Below, piece after piece: positions 31,332 to 41,135 of a stretch of DNA of 64,000 nucleotides. The notes beneath the pieces were generated by a model. The model was not told where the DNA came from. It ran no database searches and saw only the letters and a program-made list of their open reading frames with translations. The stretch's first letter is position 1. Every line of letters begins with the position of its first letter. The position numbers were made by a program, and so were the translations under genes. The DNA comes from a virus. The stretch spans positions 75,991-139,990 of the IMG/VR virus record IMGVR_UViG_3300042465_007929; one strand, 5' to 3'.

Positions 31332-34300
31332 TTACACTACAATTTCTTTGATTGATATTTGAGATGTTAAAATATCTCCTTCTTGAATAGTTTGTTGTTG
31401 ACTTAATACATGGGAACCGCTTGATACTTGTAATATTTCTGCGTATTTCTGAGAAAAATCGAAAGGATAGACTTTTATATCTTCAACTATTTTAGATCCA
31501 GAAAAATTAATTAATGATGGAAGATTTGTTGAAGAAATATCCATTTGTTTTTCAATCGTATCTAGTGTTACTCTTGAAGGCGCAATAGAACCTATTTCAT
31601 AAATAGGAGTTCTTCCACAATTTACAGTATATCTTATGCTACTTTTAACATCGCTTACCACGCCTTCCATAAAGTATGGATTTTCTACAGCCGTGTCCGT
31701 TCCAACTATAGCGCAATTAACTCCATTCACTATGCCGCTTGCAAAATTTAAAATGCCAGTGCCATCTATATTGAATCCAGATCCAGTAAATATACCATTA
31801 GTTGTTTCAATATATGGGAATGGATAGTATTTTCCATCTAATGCTGTTTCTAATTGAGCGCCAAACACATAACATCCCGTAATATTCATTTGTTGTCCAG
31901 TAGGACTGATTATTTGAACATCATTATTTAAATAATTATATCCTTTATAATTTTTATAACTGCCAGTAGTATTATTTTGATTGACATAATATGAATGATA
32001 ATCTTCATAATCTTGATTAAGGTTTCCCCAAGGTCTCACTGAATTACTAATTGAATAAGATGGAAGATTTCCGCTGGCCCCTAAAGACCCAAAAGAAAAT
32101 CCATAAATACCTTTATTTTTACCCGGCATAGTTACAGCTAATCTATACCATCCGCCGCCGCCACCTGTCATTAATTTTATTTGAGGATTTAAATCATAAA
32201 ATTTATCAGGACTACCATTGACAGCAACTATCCCGCTATTTAAATCAAAAATTGCATACTCTGATTGATATGGCCAATATTGATAATAATCATCATAATT
32301 ATAAGCATTTAATTTGATATAAAAATATGGATTATTTTGTTTTTTAGCATGAATCGAGAAAATTACAGGCTCTTTATACTCTTCAAATCTATAATTTGAG
32401 TTTAATTTTGATCTAATGAGGCTTGGTAAATTAACAGTGATAACGCCTCGATCTTCGGAGTTTTGAAGTACTCCACTATTTATAATTGCTGTAGCATTAT
32501 AAAGTCCACTTGGCGATAATGTATTTGATACTCCTGTTCTAATTTCTACGCCATTCTTTTTGTATAAATAAATGTTATTATGATATGCAGTGAATTGATT
32601 TGAATAATGCAACAAATTTTGATCAACAAGTGTATTTTCTAAAAGCTTACATGATGTGATGATATCATTTCCTGTCAAAAATTTATTTGCAGAATCAATT
32701 ATAATTGGATCAATTGGAGGATCATAACAAATGAAATTAGCAGATAAAGTAGATGTTTTATATGGCTGAATATCTATATTATAACTGTCCAAATAGCAGC
32801 CAGAAAATAAAGTATTTCCAATTTTAAGCACATAAGCATCATTTCCTGTAGAATTAATAATGTTAGGGAAAGAGTCTAAATTATTATTAATATAAGAATT
32901 AAAAGATATCTTTGCTTGTAATGGCGATGAATGATAAAATTGATCATCTTGATCAACATTTCCACCTAAAACTCTTTTGGCTGAAGATGATGATGAGTAA
33001 TCTATAGAAACATTTGAAGCAGGAATATAACTATAATTTTCATTTGGTGGATCAAGATAATATGAATATAGATAACCAACTTTAACTATTCCAGTGCCTT
33101 CTAAATATGAAAGATCTGGAGTAAAATAATTCAAAGAATTTTCATTATTATCTATTGGTATTCTAGACGTTAGAGATGCTTTAATTATCCCCGAAGCAAT
33201 TCCTGTGTTTATAGCTTCTATAAATTGTTGAGCTGATGTACCTAATGCAGTAGTTGCAAAAGTTGATCCACCTGTAATATGTCTAAAAGAGCCAGTTGGT
33301 GCAGAATGAATTGGGTTTTTAATTCCTGTGGCTATAAATTGAGGCGTATTATTATCATATATTGTCCAAGCATTATAGCCGCTATTGTAAGCAATAAAAA
33401 CATCTCCATTAAGATCGGAATATCTTTGTTTGCCACTTATTGATATTCCAGATTCAGCATAATAAATATTATTTATATATCTCGCAGATCCAACATAATT
33501 ACTTATTCTAAAAACTCCATAAGATGATGGGCTTACAGTGAGATTATAACTATTATTAGTTATTGTGGTTAAATAAGAACTTGTATTTGGGCCACTTGGA
33601 TAAGATATTCTTATTTTTTTATTATTTATATCTTGTTTGGACAGTCTAGATTCTATTAAAACTGCATTATCAATATTTGTGCCGCGATTTGATATATTTC
33701 CGCCAAAATCTTCAATTATAGTGCTATAACTTTTTCCAGTTTCACCTTTACCAATATAAATGGGCAAATCTTGATAATTATAACTTCCATAAGGAATTCT
33801 TTTTGGCTCTTTCCAATAGAAATTAGAATCTATTGTTAATAATGCGGCTTTACTTTGTGTATAACCAAGAGTATTAGATACTATTACAGAATAATAACCA
33901 TAATCATCTCTGCTAACATTTTCTATAAGTAAAGAAGGAGATCTTTTCCCATATAGTTTTATATTATTTTTATACCATTGATAATTAACTAGATCAGAGG
34001 TAGTTGTCACATAAAAACTAATTGTTTGCCCCATTGAAGATTCAATCGATTGAGGAGGAAATACTATTGTCGGATAAATTAATTCTGAATCAAATTTGGC
34101 AAATTCTGCTTCGCTATATCCAATATTGTTGGATATATATTCAACTTCAATGTCTGTAATAGCTTTTCTTTGAACTGTGACTATTGCCGCATTAGAATTT
34201 GTATGGCCAGCAGGATTAGTAATTCTTACCCAATATTTTCTATTTTCTCCATTTGCCCACCCTTTAGTTTGTATTGTAAGATTTGAAGAATTCGTTCCCA

Positions 34301-37001
34301 CTGGATTATTAGTAACTCCCGATTCTCCTTGATACCATTGATAAGTTGGACTTATTGCTGAACATATAACACTAATTGTCGTAAATTCTAAAGTATCGCT
34401 TACTGTGATATTTTGTGGCTGTGTCAACATTATTGGTATAGAATAAGTTGGAGGTGTATATGATATAACACTTATAATAATAGTATTTGAAGTTAAACCT
34501 ATTGTATCAATAGCGGTTGATATATTTACCCAGTAATTTGTAGATGCTATAATGCCCGATAAACTTAAAGTTGATGTGGCGGTAGTATTACTCGCATTTA
34601 TTGTCTGCGTCGCAAGAAGATTTGATGTATCTCCAGAGTTTCCTCTATACCATTTGAATATGAATTGAGATGATGATCCTTTGGCTGTTGCTTCTAAAGT
34701 GAATGGGCTATTGGCTCCTATAGTTTTATTGGCAATTATAGTTATTGTTTGTAAAGATTTTCCACCAACAGTTACTTTCGCTGATCTAGATTGACTCGTT
34801 AATGTTCCTTCTTCATCAGAATTTTGAGCAATGACATAATAATAATTATCGCCTACTTCAGAGTCTGTTAAATTAGTTAAAGATAAAGCTAATCCAGTAG
34901 CTCCATTAATAAAATTGCTATTTTTATACCACTGATATGTTTGGGGCATTCCTCCTCCATCAATTATCGGTGTTAAAGTGACACCTCCATTATAAACACA
35001 AGATTGATCGGTTGGAGTAGTACTTCTAATATCAGGACGAAGTAAAGACGCTGCTACATTAACAACAGCACGATTACTTTCAACAGTTCCCATTTCATTT
35101 GCTACTTTTACAAAATATTGCCCCGAACCAATAACTGGTGTTGTGAAAGTTAAGTTAGATGGTTTATTTACATCATTTACATTGCCAGTTGCATTAGGAT
35201 ATGCTACATTATTTTGAAACCACTGATATGTTTGGGGGAATGATCCTGCTGTTGCAAAACTCAAATTAACAGAAGCCACGCCATTTGATCTTTTTATTTT
35301 TACTGATTGAGCTTGGGGATGAGTTGTAAAAGAAGCAGGAACCGGAGCTGATCTGACGAGAATAGAGCATTTTATAGAATCAATGCTTCTTGCTGCTTTT
35401 TGTGCATAATTACTGCACTTAACATATATATTTAATCTGTCATATGTAATATTACTCAAAGTAAGTGATGCTGTTGTCGCACCAGCTATAGCGCTTGTTC
35501 CCTCGTACCATTGATATGCTATAGGGGTAGTGCCTGAAGCTGTAACACTTAAAGTTGCAGATTTCCCAGTGATGACAGTAGTTGATGATGCTGGTTGTGA
35601 AGTTATTGATACAGCAATACTATTATCAACTGGTGGTATTGGCGGCGGTCTTACTGTGACATATGCACCCAACCATAGATCTGAAAAACTATTATAAATA
35701 CGCACTGCATAATTAGTGCTAGTAGTCAGAAGACTCGTTGTATAAGATGTACTAGTAGCTCCAGTAATCAAAACGCCATCGTCTTTATACCATTGATATT
35801 TAACATTAAATCCTGCGGCTACAACACTTAATGTTGTATTAGTATTATAATCAATACTAACTGCTGCTGGTGCAGTAACAGCAGAAACTGGCGCATTTAC
35901 AGAAATAACACATGATGAATATTTGATATTAGTAGGATCATAGGTTGAAATTATTTTAACTGTATAACTAGTTTGGGCAGTTAATGCTGGAGTAGTATAT
36001 GAATCTTCATTAGCAGTTTTTGATGAGGATTCTCGAACCAAAGTCTCAGTTGTACCAACTACTTTATACCAAAGAAAAGAAGCCCCACCAGTTGAAGAAG
36101 TTTTAACAGTTAAAGTCGTGCTTGCTCCACTATTAATCGTAAGGCTAGATATGTTTTGGGTAATGGTTAATGGATCATAAGTCTTAACAGCAAATATTTG
36201 GTAAACAGCCACAGCACTCCAACTATCAGAGTAAACCTTACAAATATAATCTTGAGTGGTTACTGTCGCCGCTGCATTAAATGTATATGCAGAAGATGTG
36301 GAAAGAATTGTTGCTTGTGAGTCTCTTTTGTACCAAGCATATTTTAATGTTTCAAAAGAACTTCCAACACAACTCAAACTAACAGAAGATCCACACGCAA
36401 CTTCTTGTGACTCTGCCGACCTTGAAGCTACCGTTATGGAATAAATCCTAATAGCAAAAGCTGGAATTTGTAAGTATGCGGTAGAAGCAACCTTTCTAGT
36501 CTTCCACTGCCTACCTGCGGTATAAGATTCACTTCTAATTGCAGTATTTTTAATTCTTACGCTTGCACTGCTAATTTGAGGATTCGTTATAGCTACATTA
36601 CTCCAACTAGGTTGTTGTGAATCTAACCATTTAATTGTTGATGCCCCCAATACTGTTTCTGATGTTATATTATAAGGCGTTGTATCTGCATAAGTCCCAT
36701 GAAAAGTCCATGCGAAAGAACTAACCAATGGATTGCAATAATCCTCTAAGAGTCTTACATACATAGGGTGCTTTGCATCATATTCAGCTACACCATCATA
36801 TTTAAACTCTGCTGATAATCTTATATTTTGCCCAACATAACAATCTGCATACCTATAACCATTTATATAATTATTAGTTATATCTATATAAGTTGCTCCA
36901 TTATCTCTACTAAAAAGCAATTTAACTAATGTAGGAGCTAAATTAAATCTCCTTATGCTTTCGGACCCAGCGCTTTGCCTCCATGAAAGTGGTGTCATCA
37001 T
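31332..37001 (-). CDS. Large virion protein: tandem Ig-like domains fused to a C-terminal tail-tube-like domain with a carbohydrate-binding-like insert
   Basis: About 9 repeats of (IT.QP...L.V.A.G...Y.WY...Y.V.V.N). C-terminal GCYLDSYNIDIQP and RTPIYEIGS tube-like motifs. Insert ends in FGAQLE...PYIET. Confidence 0.7.
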   Translation of the reverse strand: MMTPLSWRQSAGSESIRRFNLAPTLVKLLFSRDNGATYIDITNNYINGYRYADCYVGQNIRLSAEFKYDGVAEYDAKHPMYVRLLEDYCNPLVSSFAWTFHGTYADTTPYNITSETVLGASTIKWLDSQQPSWSNVAITNPQISSASVRIKNTAIRSESYTAGRQWKTRKVASTAYLQIPAFAIRIYSITVASRSAESQEVACGSSVSLSCVGSSFETLKYAWYKRDSQATILSTSSAYTFNAAATVTTQDYICKVYSDSWSAVAVYQIFAVKTYDPLTITQNISSLTINSGASTTLTVKTSSTGGASFLWYKVVGTTETLVRESSSKTANEDSYTTPALTAQTSYTVKIISTYDPTNIKYSSCVISVNAPVSAVTAPAAVSIDYNTNTTLSVVAAGFNVKYQWYKDDGVLITGATSTSYTTSLLTTSTNYAVRIYNSFSDLWLGAYVTVRPPPIPPVDNSIAVSITSQPASSTTVITGKSATLSVTASGTTPIAYQWYEGTSAIAGATTASLTLSNITYDRLNIYVKCSNYAQKAARSIDSIKCSILVRSAPVPASFTTHPQAQSVKIKRSNGVASVNLSFATAGSFPQTYQWFQNNVAYPNATGNVNDVNKPSNLTFTTPVIGSGQYFVKVANEMGTVESNRAVVNVAASLLRPDIRSTTPTDQSCVYNGGVTLTPIIDGGGMPQTYQWYKNSNFINGATGLALSLTNLTDSEVGDNYYYVIAQNSDEEGTLTSQSRSAKVTVGGKSLQTITIIANKTIGANSPFTLEATAKGSSSQFIFKWYRGNSGDTSNLLATQTINASNTTATSTLSLSGIIASTNYWVNISTAIDTIGLTSNTIIISVISYTPPTYSIPIMLTQPQNITVSDTLEFTTISVICSAISPTYQWYQGESGVTNNPVGTNSSNLTIQTKGWANGENRKYWVRITNPAGHTNSNAAIVTVQRKAITDIEVEYISNNIGYSEAEFAKFDSELIYPTIVFPPQSIESSMGQTISFYVTTTSDLVNYQWYKNNIKLYGKRSPSLLIENVSRDDYGYYSVIVSNTLGYTQSKAALLTIDSNFYWKEPKRIPYGSYNYQDLPIYIGKGETGKSYSTIIEDFGGNISNRGTNIDNAVLIESRLSKQDINNKKIRISYPSGPNTSSYLTTITNNSYNLTVSPSSYGVFRISNYVGSARYINNIYYAESGISISGKQRYSDLNGDVFIAYNSGYNAWTIYDNNTPQFIATGIKNPIHSAPTGSFRHITGGSTFATTALGTSAQQFIEAINTGIASGIIKASLTSRIPIDNNENSLNYFTPDLSYLEGTGIVKVGYLYSYYLDPPNENYSYIPASNVSIDYSSSSSAKRVLGGNVDQDDQFYHSSPLQAKISFNSYINNNLDSFPNIINSTGNDAYVLKIGNTLFSGCYLDSYNIDIQPYKTSTLSANFICYDPPIDPIIIDSANKFLTGNDIITSCKLLENTLVDQNLLHYSNQFTAYHNNIYLYKKNGVEIRTGVSNTLSPSGLYNATAIINSGVLQNSEDRGVITVNLPSLIRSKLNSNYRFEEYKEPVIFSIHAKKQNNPYFYIKLNAYNYDDYYQYWPYQSEYAIFDLNSGIVAVNGSPDKFYDLNPQIKLMTGGGGGWYRLAVTMPGKNKGIYGFSFGSLGASGNLPSYSISNSVRPWGNLNQDYEDYHSYYVNQNNTTGSYKNYKGYNYLNNDVQIISPTGQQMNITGCYVFGAQLETALDGKYYPFPYIETTNGIFTGSGFNIDGTGILNFASGIVNGVNCAIVGTDTAVENPYFMEGVVSDVKSSIRYTVNCGRTPIYEIGSIAPSRVTLDTIEKQMDISSTNLPSLINFSGSKIVEDIKVYPFDFSQKYAEILQVSSGSHVLSQQQTIQEGDILTSQISIKEIVV

Positions 37002-37334
37002 ACATATATTTATACACTATTATTTTTATTTTTTTGAAATTCAACGGAAGAGTTTTTTTGATTTTTTTTACTTTTTTCAAAATACGGTCCCGTATTTTTT
37101 TTCACTCTACGTTTAGAGCTTTTGTAAATGAATGAATGAGAAAGTGAGAAAACTGTCCCCCCTCCGCTTCTGAAGATCTAACAGTCAAAAAGTTTTGAGT
37201 AATGGGGTGGGTCAGGGTAGGTCATGGGGCTAGCCATAAAGGGGGAGGGGGAGTATCCTGTCAAGCACAAAAATAAATCATTTTTTATGCAGAAAGTTCT
37301 TGTATGGCCGCACGTTTTTCTTTATGCTTTGGGC

Positions 37335-37481
37335 ATGAGCAACACCGCTACACAATATCAGTTCGCAATCTACAACGGCGAAACCGTCCTCATCCTTGAG
37401 CAATTCGGAATGAATGCTTGGGTTTCTTTCAACGAAGGGGAAGAGATGGAAGTCTCAATGTTCGACCTCTGCCTTATCTGA
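37335..37481 (+). CDS. Small early protein (48 aa)
   Basis: Start reassigned to the ATG 6 nt after the TATGCT -10 box (TTGTAT at 37300). Confidence 0.65.
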   Translation: MSNTATQYQFAIYNGETVLILEQFGMNAWVSFNEGEEMEVSMFDLCLI

Positions 37482-37534
37482 AATAAACGAAAATAAACCT
37501 TGCGGTTCTACCCCGCATTTACTACATTATCCCC

Positions 37535-37693
37535 ATGCAAGACACTACTGCCCAACTCCTCGCTGACCTCGCTGCCGTTACCGCTCGCTTTGAAGCTCTC
37601 GCGCAACGCACGGGCGAGAACGCGCAAGCGTTCATCGAAGGTCTGAAAGATGACAAAAAAAACCTTGAGAACATGAAAAAAGTTCTTGCCTAA
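37535..37693 (+). CDS. Small early protein (52 aa, MQDTTAQLLADL...)
   Basis: Own promoter TTGCGG-N17-TACATT at 37500; below the ORF-track cutoff. Confidence 0.65.
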   Translation: MQDTTAQLLADLAAVTARFEALAQRTGENAQAFIEGLKDDKKNLENMKKVLA

Positions 37694-37720
37694 GCTCTCC
37701 CAATTCACTACACTACGCAC

Positions 37721-37993
37721 ATGACCACTTCAGCTCTTCCCTTCCCAATCGGCACTCTCACGACGCAAGGCATCTTTATCGGTATGCAAGGCAAGCTCGC
37801 ACGGTTTGAAAAGAATATCGGCACACGCACTAGCCCTTGCCTTTGCTCTCCTAAGCTCGCCCAAGTCATCACGCAAGAACAAGAAGACGCTCGCCTTGCT
37901 GCCGAGGACGCTTGCCGCACTCGTGGCTTCTGGGGTAACGCTACTGTCTTGCGCGGTGACGCTGCCCTTGCTGCCCTCGCTACCCTCGCCTAA
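37721..37993 (+). CDS. Small early protein
   Basis: Own promoter TTGCCT-N17-TACACT at 37686. Confidence 0.65.
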   Translation: MTTSALPFPIGTLTTQGIFIGMQGKLARFEKNIGTRTSPCLCSPKLAQVITQEQEDARLAAEDACRTRGFWGNATVLRGDAALAALATLA

Positions 37994-38011
37994 CCTCTAC
38001 ACACTACACAC

Positions 38012-38248
38012 ATGAAACAACCATTGACCAATAGAGAGAAAGCCACGCGCCTAGTGAATCGAGCCGTCAAGCTCTTGAGTGATAACGCCGTATGCCTTAG
38101 CGACCTAGCCGATACCTTTGATCTATGCGCTGGACTAGATGAACTAGAGGAGATGATGGCAGATAGATCTATCCCTATGTGCGACCTGCAAGACACCGCG
38201 CAAGACATAGCTTCCCAACTACTAGAAGAAGAAGGCTTCCCAGTCTAA
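38012..38248 (+). CDS. Small acidic early protein
   Basis: 78 aa, D/E-rich C-terminal half. Confidence 0.6.
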   Translation: MKQPLTNREKATRLVNRAVKLLSDNAVCLSDLADTFDLCAGLDELEEMMADRSIPMCDLQDTAQDIASQLLEEEGFPV

Positions 38249-38260
38249 CACCCAACACTT

Positions 38261-38467
38261 ATGCACCTAACGCAAGACAACCTCGAAACTCTATCACACA
38301 TGGGCTTTCCTATGTATAGCGGATGTCGCAATGAAGCCGTCGCCTATGCAATAGAAGAGATGGGTATCTCACTAGATGAGATACTAGGCAAGCTATCAGA
38401 TGACACCGTTCTAACAGCTATCTTCCAAAGCATACAAGTTATGGGTTTGATGCCATACAAGGATTAG
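38261..38467 (+). CDS. Small early protein
   Basis: 68-aa ORF in the same run. Confidence 0.55.
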   Translation: MHLTQDNLETLSHMGFPMYSGCRNEAVAYAIEEMGISLDEILGKLSDDTVLTAIFQSIQVMGLMPYKD

Positions 38468-38542
38468 TATAAATCAAATGTATAGTATAACTCCTCCCCC
38501 ATGTGGGGGCGGGGTATCTGTGCGCCTCATGTAACCGCCTCT

Positions 38543-38619
38543 GTAAGTCGCTGAATATCAACGAGTTACGGCGGCAGAGCCGCCCCGCCTCCATAAGTCG
38601 TTGATAATCAAGCAGTTAT
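38543..38619. repeat. 77-bp paired-palindrome element, copy 1
   Basis: gtaagtcgctgaatatcaacgagttac + 23-bp GC core + ataagtcgttgataatcaagcagttat. Confidence 0.95.
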
Positions 38620-38744
38620 GAAGGGAGAAAGATCATGCCCCGAAAGCTTTGTCAAGAAAAAAGTGCAGAAAAAATGAGAAAAAAAAGATGAAAAAGATCA
38701 AAAAAGATCTTGCGACAATCGGGCTTTTCAGTTACTCTCTGGGC

Positions 38745-39074
38745 ATGGAAACACTCCTTACCACTACCGCCCCAAACCTGAAAGCCGCTTATACCGCTGT
38801 CCCTCTTGAGACAACAACAAAAACAACAGAAGGAAAAGTTGTTACTTGCTACTACGCAAAAGAACAAATCGTTTGCGACTATGGCTACAATCAAATAACA
38901 ACCTACGAAATTGGCGACAGAATCAATGGTGAGTATCGCAAAGATGGACTTGTCCAAGCTGATACTTACGGTTGCCTCACGACTAAAACAATCCCTTGGG
39001 AAAAGATCGTTACCCGCGAATATATCACGGTGCGCGAATACAAAACCACCACTTGGGAAATTCTCGATAAATAA
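38745..39074 (+). CDS. Early protein (109 aa)
   Basis: Start METLLTTT, 6 nt after TACTCT (TTGCGA at 38710). Confidence 0.65.
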   Translation: METLLTTTAPNLKAAYTAVPLETTTKTTEGKVVTCYYAKEQIVCDYGYNQITTYEIGDRINGEYRKDGLVQADTYGCLTTKTIPWEKIVTREYITVREYKTTTWEILDK

Positions 39075-39122
39075 ACGAAAAAAGATCTTGCTACCTGCTA
39101 AAAATTAACCTAGAATCTGCTC

Positions 39123-39311
39123 ATGACTGAAACACTACTTACCACTACTGAATTGCTCGACCTCGCTTGGAACCTCTACGACATCGTGGAAAACAAAGGC
39201 AATCATCTTCTCGAAAGTCTTTTGATTGATGTTGAAAAAGAACACGGCGAAAAAGTCCGTAGTCAAATTGAATACCTCTTGGAAGTCGAATGCAACATTC
39301 AAGACATGTAA
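39123..39311 (+). CDS. Small early protein
   Basis: Promoter TTGCTA-N17-TAGAAT at 39088; N-terminus ETLLTTT shared with 38745. Confidence 0.65.
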   Translation: MTETLLTTTELLDLAWNLYDIVENKGNHLLESLLIDVEKEHGEKVRSQIEYLLEVECNIQDM

Positions 39312-39365
39312 AAAAAGATCAAAAAAGATCTTGCTATAAGCTCGAAACTGAACTAAAATAACGCC

Positions 39366-39509
39366 ATGACCACCCAATACAACGAAATGTTCGCCAAGTT
39401 CCAAAACGGCCAAATCACCGAAAAAGTCTGGTTCGACTTCTGCTTCGAAACACTGAGCCAGATCATGGAGGATAACAAGGACGTTTTTGTTCGCTTGAAA
39501 AATTGCTAA
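39366..39509 (+). CDS. Small early protein (47 aa, MTTQYNEMFAKF...)
   Basis: Promoter TTGCTA-N17-TAAAAT at 39331. Confidence 0.6.
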   Translation: MTTQYNEMFAKFQNGQITEKVWFDFCFETLSQIMEDNKDVFVRLKNC

Positions 39510-39518
39510 TGTCAAGGA

Positions 39519-39548
39519 AAATCTTCCCGAAAGGGGAGGTTTTTTTAT
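39519..39548 (+). terminator. Intrinsic terminator
   Basis: ATCTTCCC-GAAA-GGGGAGGT followed by a T-tract. Confidence 0.75.
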
Positions 39549-39604
39549 GCAAAAATCTGAAAATAAATCTTGACTGGGGCAAAAATGCCTGAAAATAAAA
39601 AGTC

Positions 39605-39681
39605 ATAAGTCGCTAATACTCAATGAGTTATGGCGGCGGGGCGGCAGCGCCGCTGTAAGTCGTTGATAATCAATGACTTAT
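39605..39681. repeat. 77-bp paired-palindrome element, copy 2
   Basis: ataagtcgctaatactcaatgagttat + ggcggcggggcggcagcgccgct + gtaagtcgttgataatcaatgacttat. Confidence 0.95.
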
Positions 39682-39796
39682 GCAAGTACTAGGTGCGCCG
39701 TAGTTAGGATCTGTCAAGCGAAAAAGTGAAAAAAATAAATAAAAAAAACACAAAAAAGATCTTGCGCGGGGTCGATTCTTTCGCTATACTTTGGGC

Positions 39797-39904
39797 ATGC
39801 GAGGGAGTGAACGCCCTTTCAGAAAAGGACTCTCGGAGCTGGCTAGGTTGCTGAGGATAAAGTCGGGGTAAGATCCCCCAAATCGTGCCACTGCTTTTCT
39901 GAAA
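39797..39904 (+). ncRNA. Candidate structured small RNA (alternatively a 24-aa peptide gene, 39797-39871)
   Basis: Strong promoter TTGCGC-N17-TATACT at 39762. A perfect 11-bp stem (39817-39827/39894-39904) encloses smaller hairpins. Confidence 0.35.
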
Positions 39905-39946
39905 AAACTTCTTGCACTACCTCTCAAAATTAACTACTCTTTGCAC

Positions 39947-40096
39947 ATGGAAAACTATAAAGGATTCAAATTCGACTACGATCAAGGCTTCATCACTTTC
40001 TATCATCCAGACATGGAAGAGGGGAATGGAGATTGGAGCGGTTCCGCTTCCTGCATGGAAGATGCAATGGAAATCATCGACGAAATGACTTTCTAA
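39947..40096 (+). CDS. Small acidic early protein (49 aa, MENYKGFKFDY...)
   Basis: Promoter TTGCAC-N17-TACTCT at 39912. Confidence 0.6.
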   Translation: MENYKGFKFDYDQGFITFYHPDMEEGNGDWSGSASCMEDAMEIIDEMTF

Positions 40097-40151
40097 GATA
40101 AAATCTAAAAAAGATCTTGCCATAGGTAAAAAAACAAACTAAAATTTCGCC

Positions 40152-40346
40152 ATGACCTTGGAAGACCAAATCACCCGCAACTCGAAAGAGTGCCTCGACT
40201 ATCTCGCATTCTCAAACTACGAATTCAATCGGATTCTCAACCCTGAGATTTCCCCTCAACGCTGGGGGCTTGTATACGGCGCGGAGCTTGTCGAGAAAAT
40301 GGAAGCGGCATTCCAAGCAAAAAAAATGTTGACAATAGACGTTTAA
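40152..40346 (+). CDS. Small early protein
   Basis: Promoter TTGCCA-N17-TAAAAT at 40117. Confidence 0.65.
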   Translation: MTLEDQITRNSKECLDYLAFSNYEFNRILNPEISPQRWGLVYGAELVEKMEAAFQAKKMLTIDV

Positions 40347-40366
40347 AATTCTAAACTTTCCCCGAC

Positions 40367-40540
40367 ATGAAAAACGCAATCCTCGAAAGTCTCTTCCTGC
40401 TTCTCTGCTCTATCCTCTGCGGTGGATTCCTCTTTCTCATCGAATGCCCCGCTTGGCTTCAAAATGGTTTCTTTGCAATGATGGTTGCACCTGCTCTCTG
40501 GTTCATTCCTCAAAGAATTTTGAGCGAGATGAAAAAATAA
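40367..40540 (+). CDS. Small two-helix membrane protein (57 aa)
   Basis: MKNAILESLFLLLCSILCGGFLFLIE...EMKK; promoter TTGACA-N17-TAAACT at 40329. Confidence 0.6.
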   Translation: MKNAILESLFLLLCSILCGGFLFLIECPAWLQNGFFAMMVAPALWFIPQRILSEMKK

Positions 40541-40579
40541 GTTGACCAACTCCGAAAAATTCGTTACTCTTTCCCCGAC

Positions 40580-40762
40580 ATGAAAACCGCTACATTCCAA
40601 ATCACTGTTCACTTCCCGAAGGCTAAATGCTATGACACATTCCTGATTGATGCCTCTGGCATTCGCTGGGCAATCGAAAATGGATCAAAAGCTGTCCAGA
40701 TGAAATATCCATCCATGATTGAAAAAGCAGATTTTGAGATCGTAACAGCAGAAAAAGTTTGA
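40580..40762 (+). CDS. Small early protein
   Basis: Promoter TTGACC-N17-TACTCT at 40542. Confidence 0.65.
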   Translation: MKTATFQITVHFPKAKCYDTFLIDASGIRWAIENGSKAVQMKYPSMIEKADFEIVTAEKV

Positions 40763-40809
40763 CACCTGCAAAAAAATCCTTTATTCTCACCTCGCAACCA
40801 ATAAATAAC

Positions 40810-41064
40810 ATGACACTGACCTATAATACCCCATCCGCTAAAATTGCATCCGATCTTGTCGGAAAGACCGTTCGCTATCTCTCGAACAAATCCAAGACAA
40901 CTCCTTCGGGTGTTCGCGTTTTCAAAATTGAAAGCGTGGAAAATGTTGACTTCGCCGCCAAGACTGGCAAGCGTTATGTAACCGTCCTTGCAAAGGACAT
41001 CGACGACGCAGGAACGCCCAAGTATCGCAACTTGCACCTTGCAGGAATCGACTTGATCGTCTGA
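40810..41064 (+). CDS. Small basic early protein (84 aa)
   Basis: Start MTLTYNTP after promoter TTGACA-N17-TATTCT at 40759. Confidence 0.65.
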   Translation: MTLTYNTPSAKIASDLVGKTVRYLSNKSKTTPSGVRVFKIESVENVDFAAKTGKRYVTVLAKDIDDAGTPKYRNLHLAGIDLIV

Positions 41065-41135
41065 AGAAAAAAAGTCCTAAGCAAGACGAAAAAAGGCTTG
41101 ACTCAAACCTATAAAAAATTCTAAACTCTCCCGAC

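Noticed and set aside
39851-39890. Hammerhead ribozyme (CTGAGGA matches CUGANGA)
   Set aside because: The required GAAA after stem II is absent.
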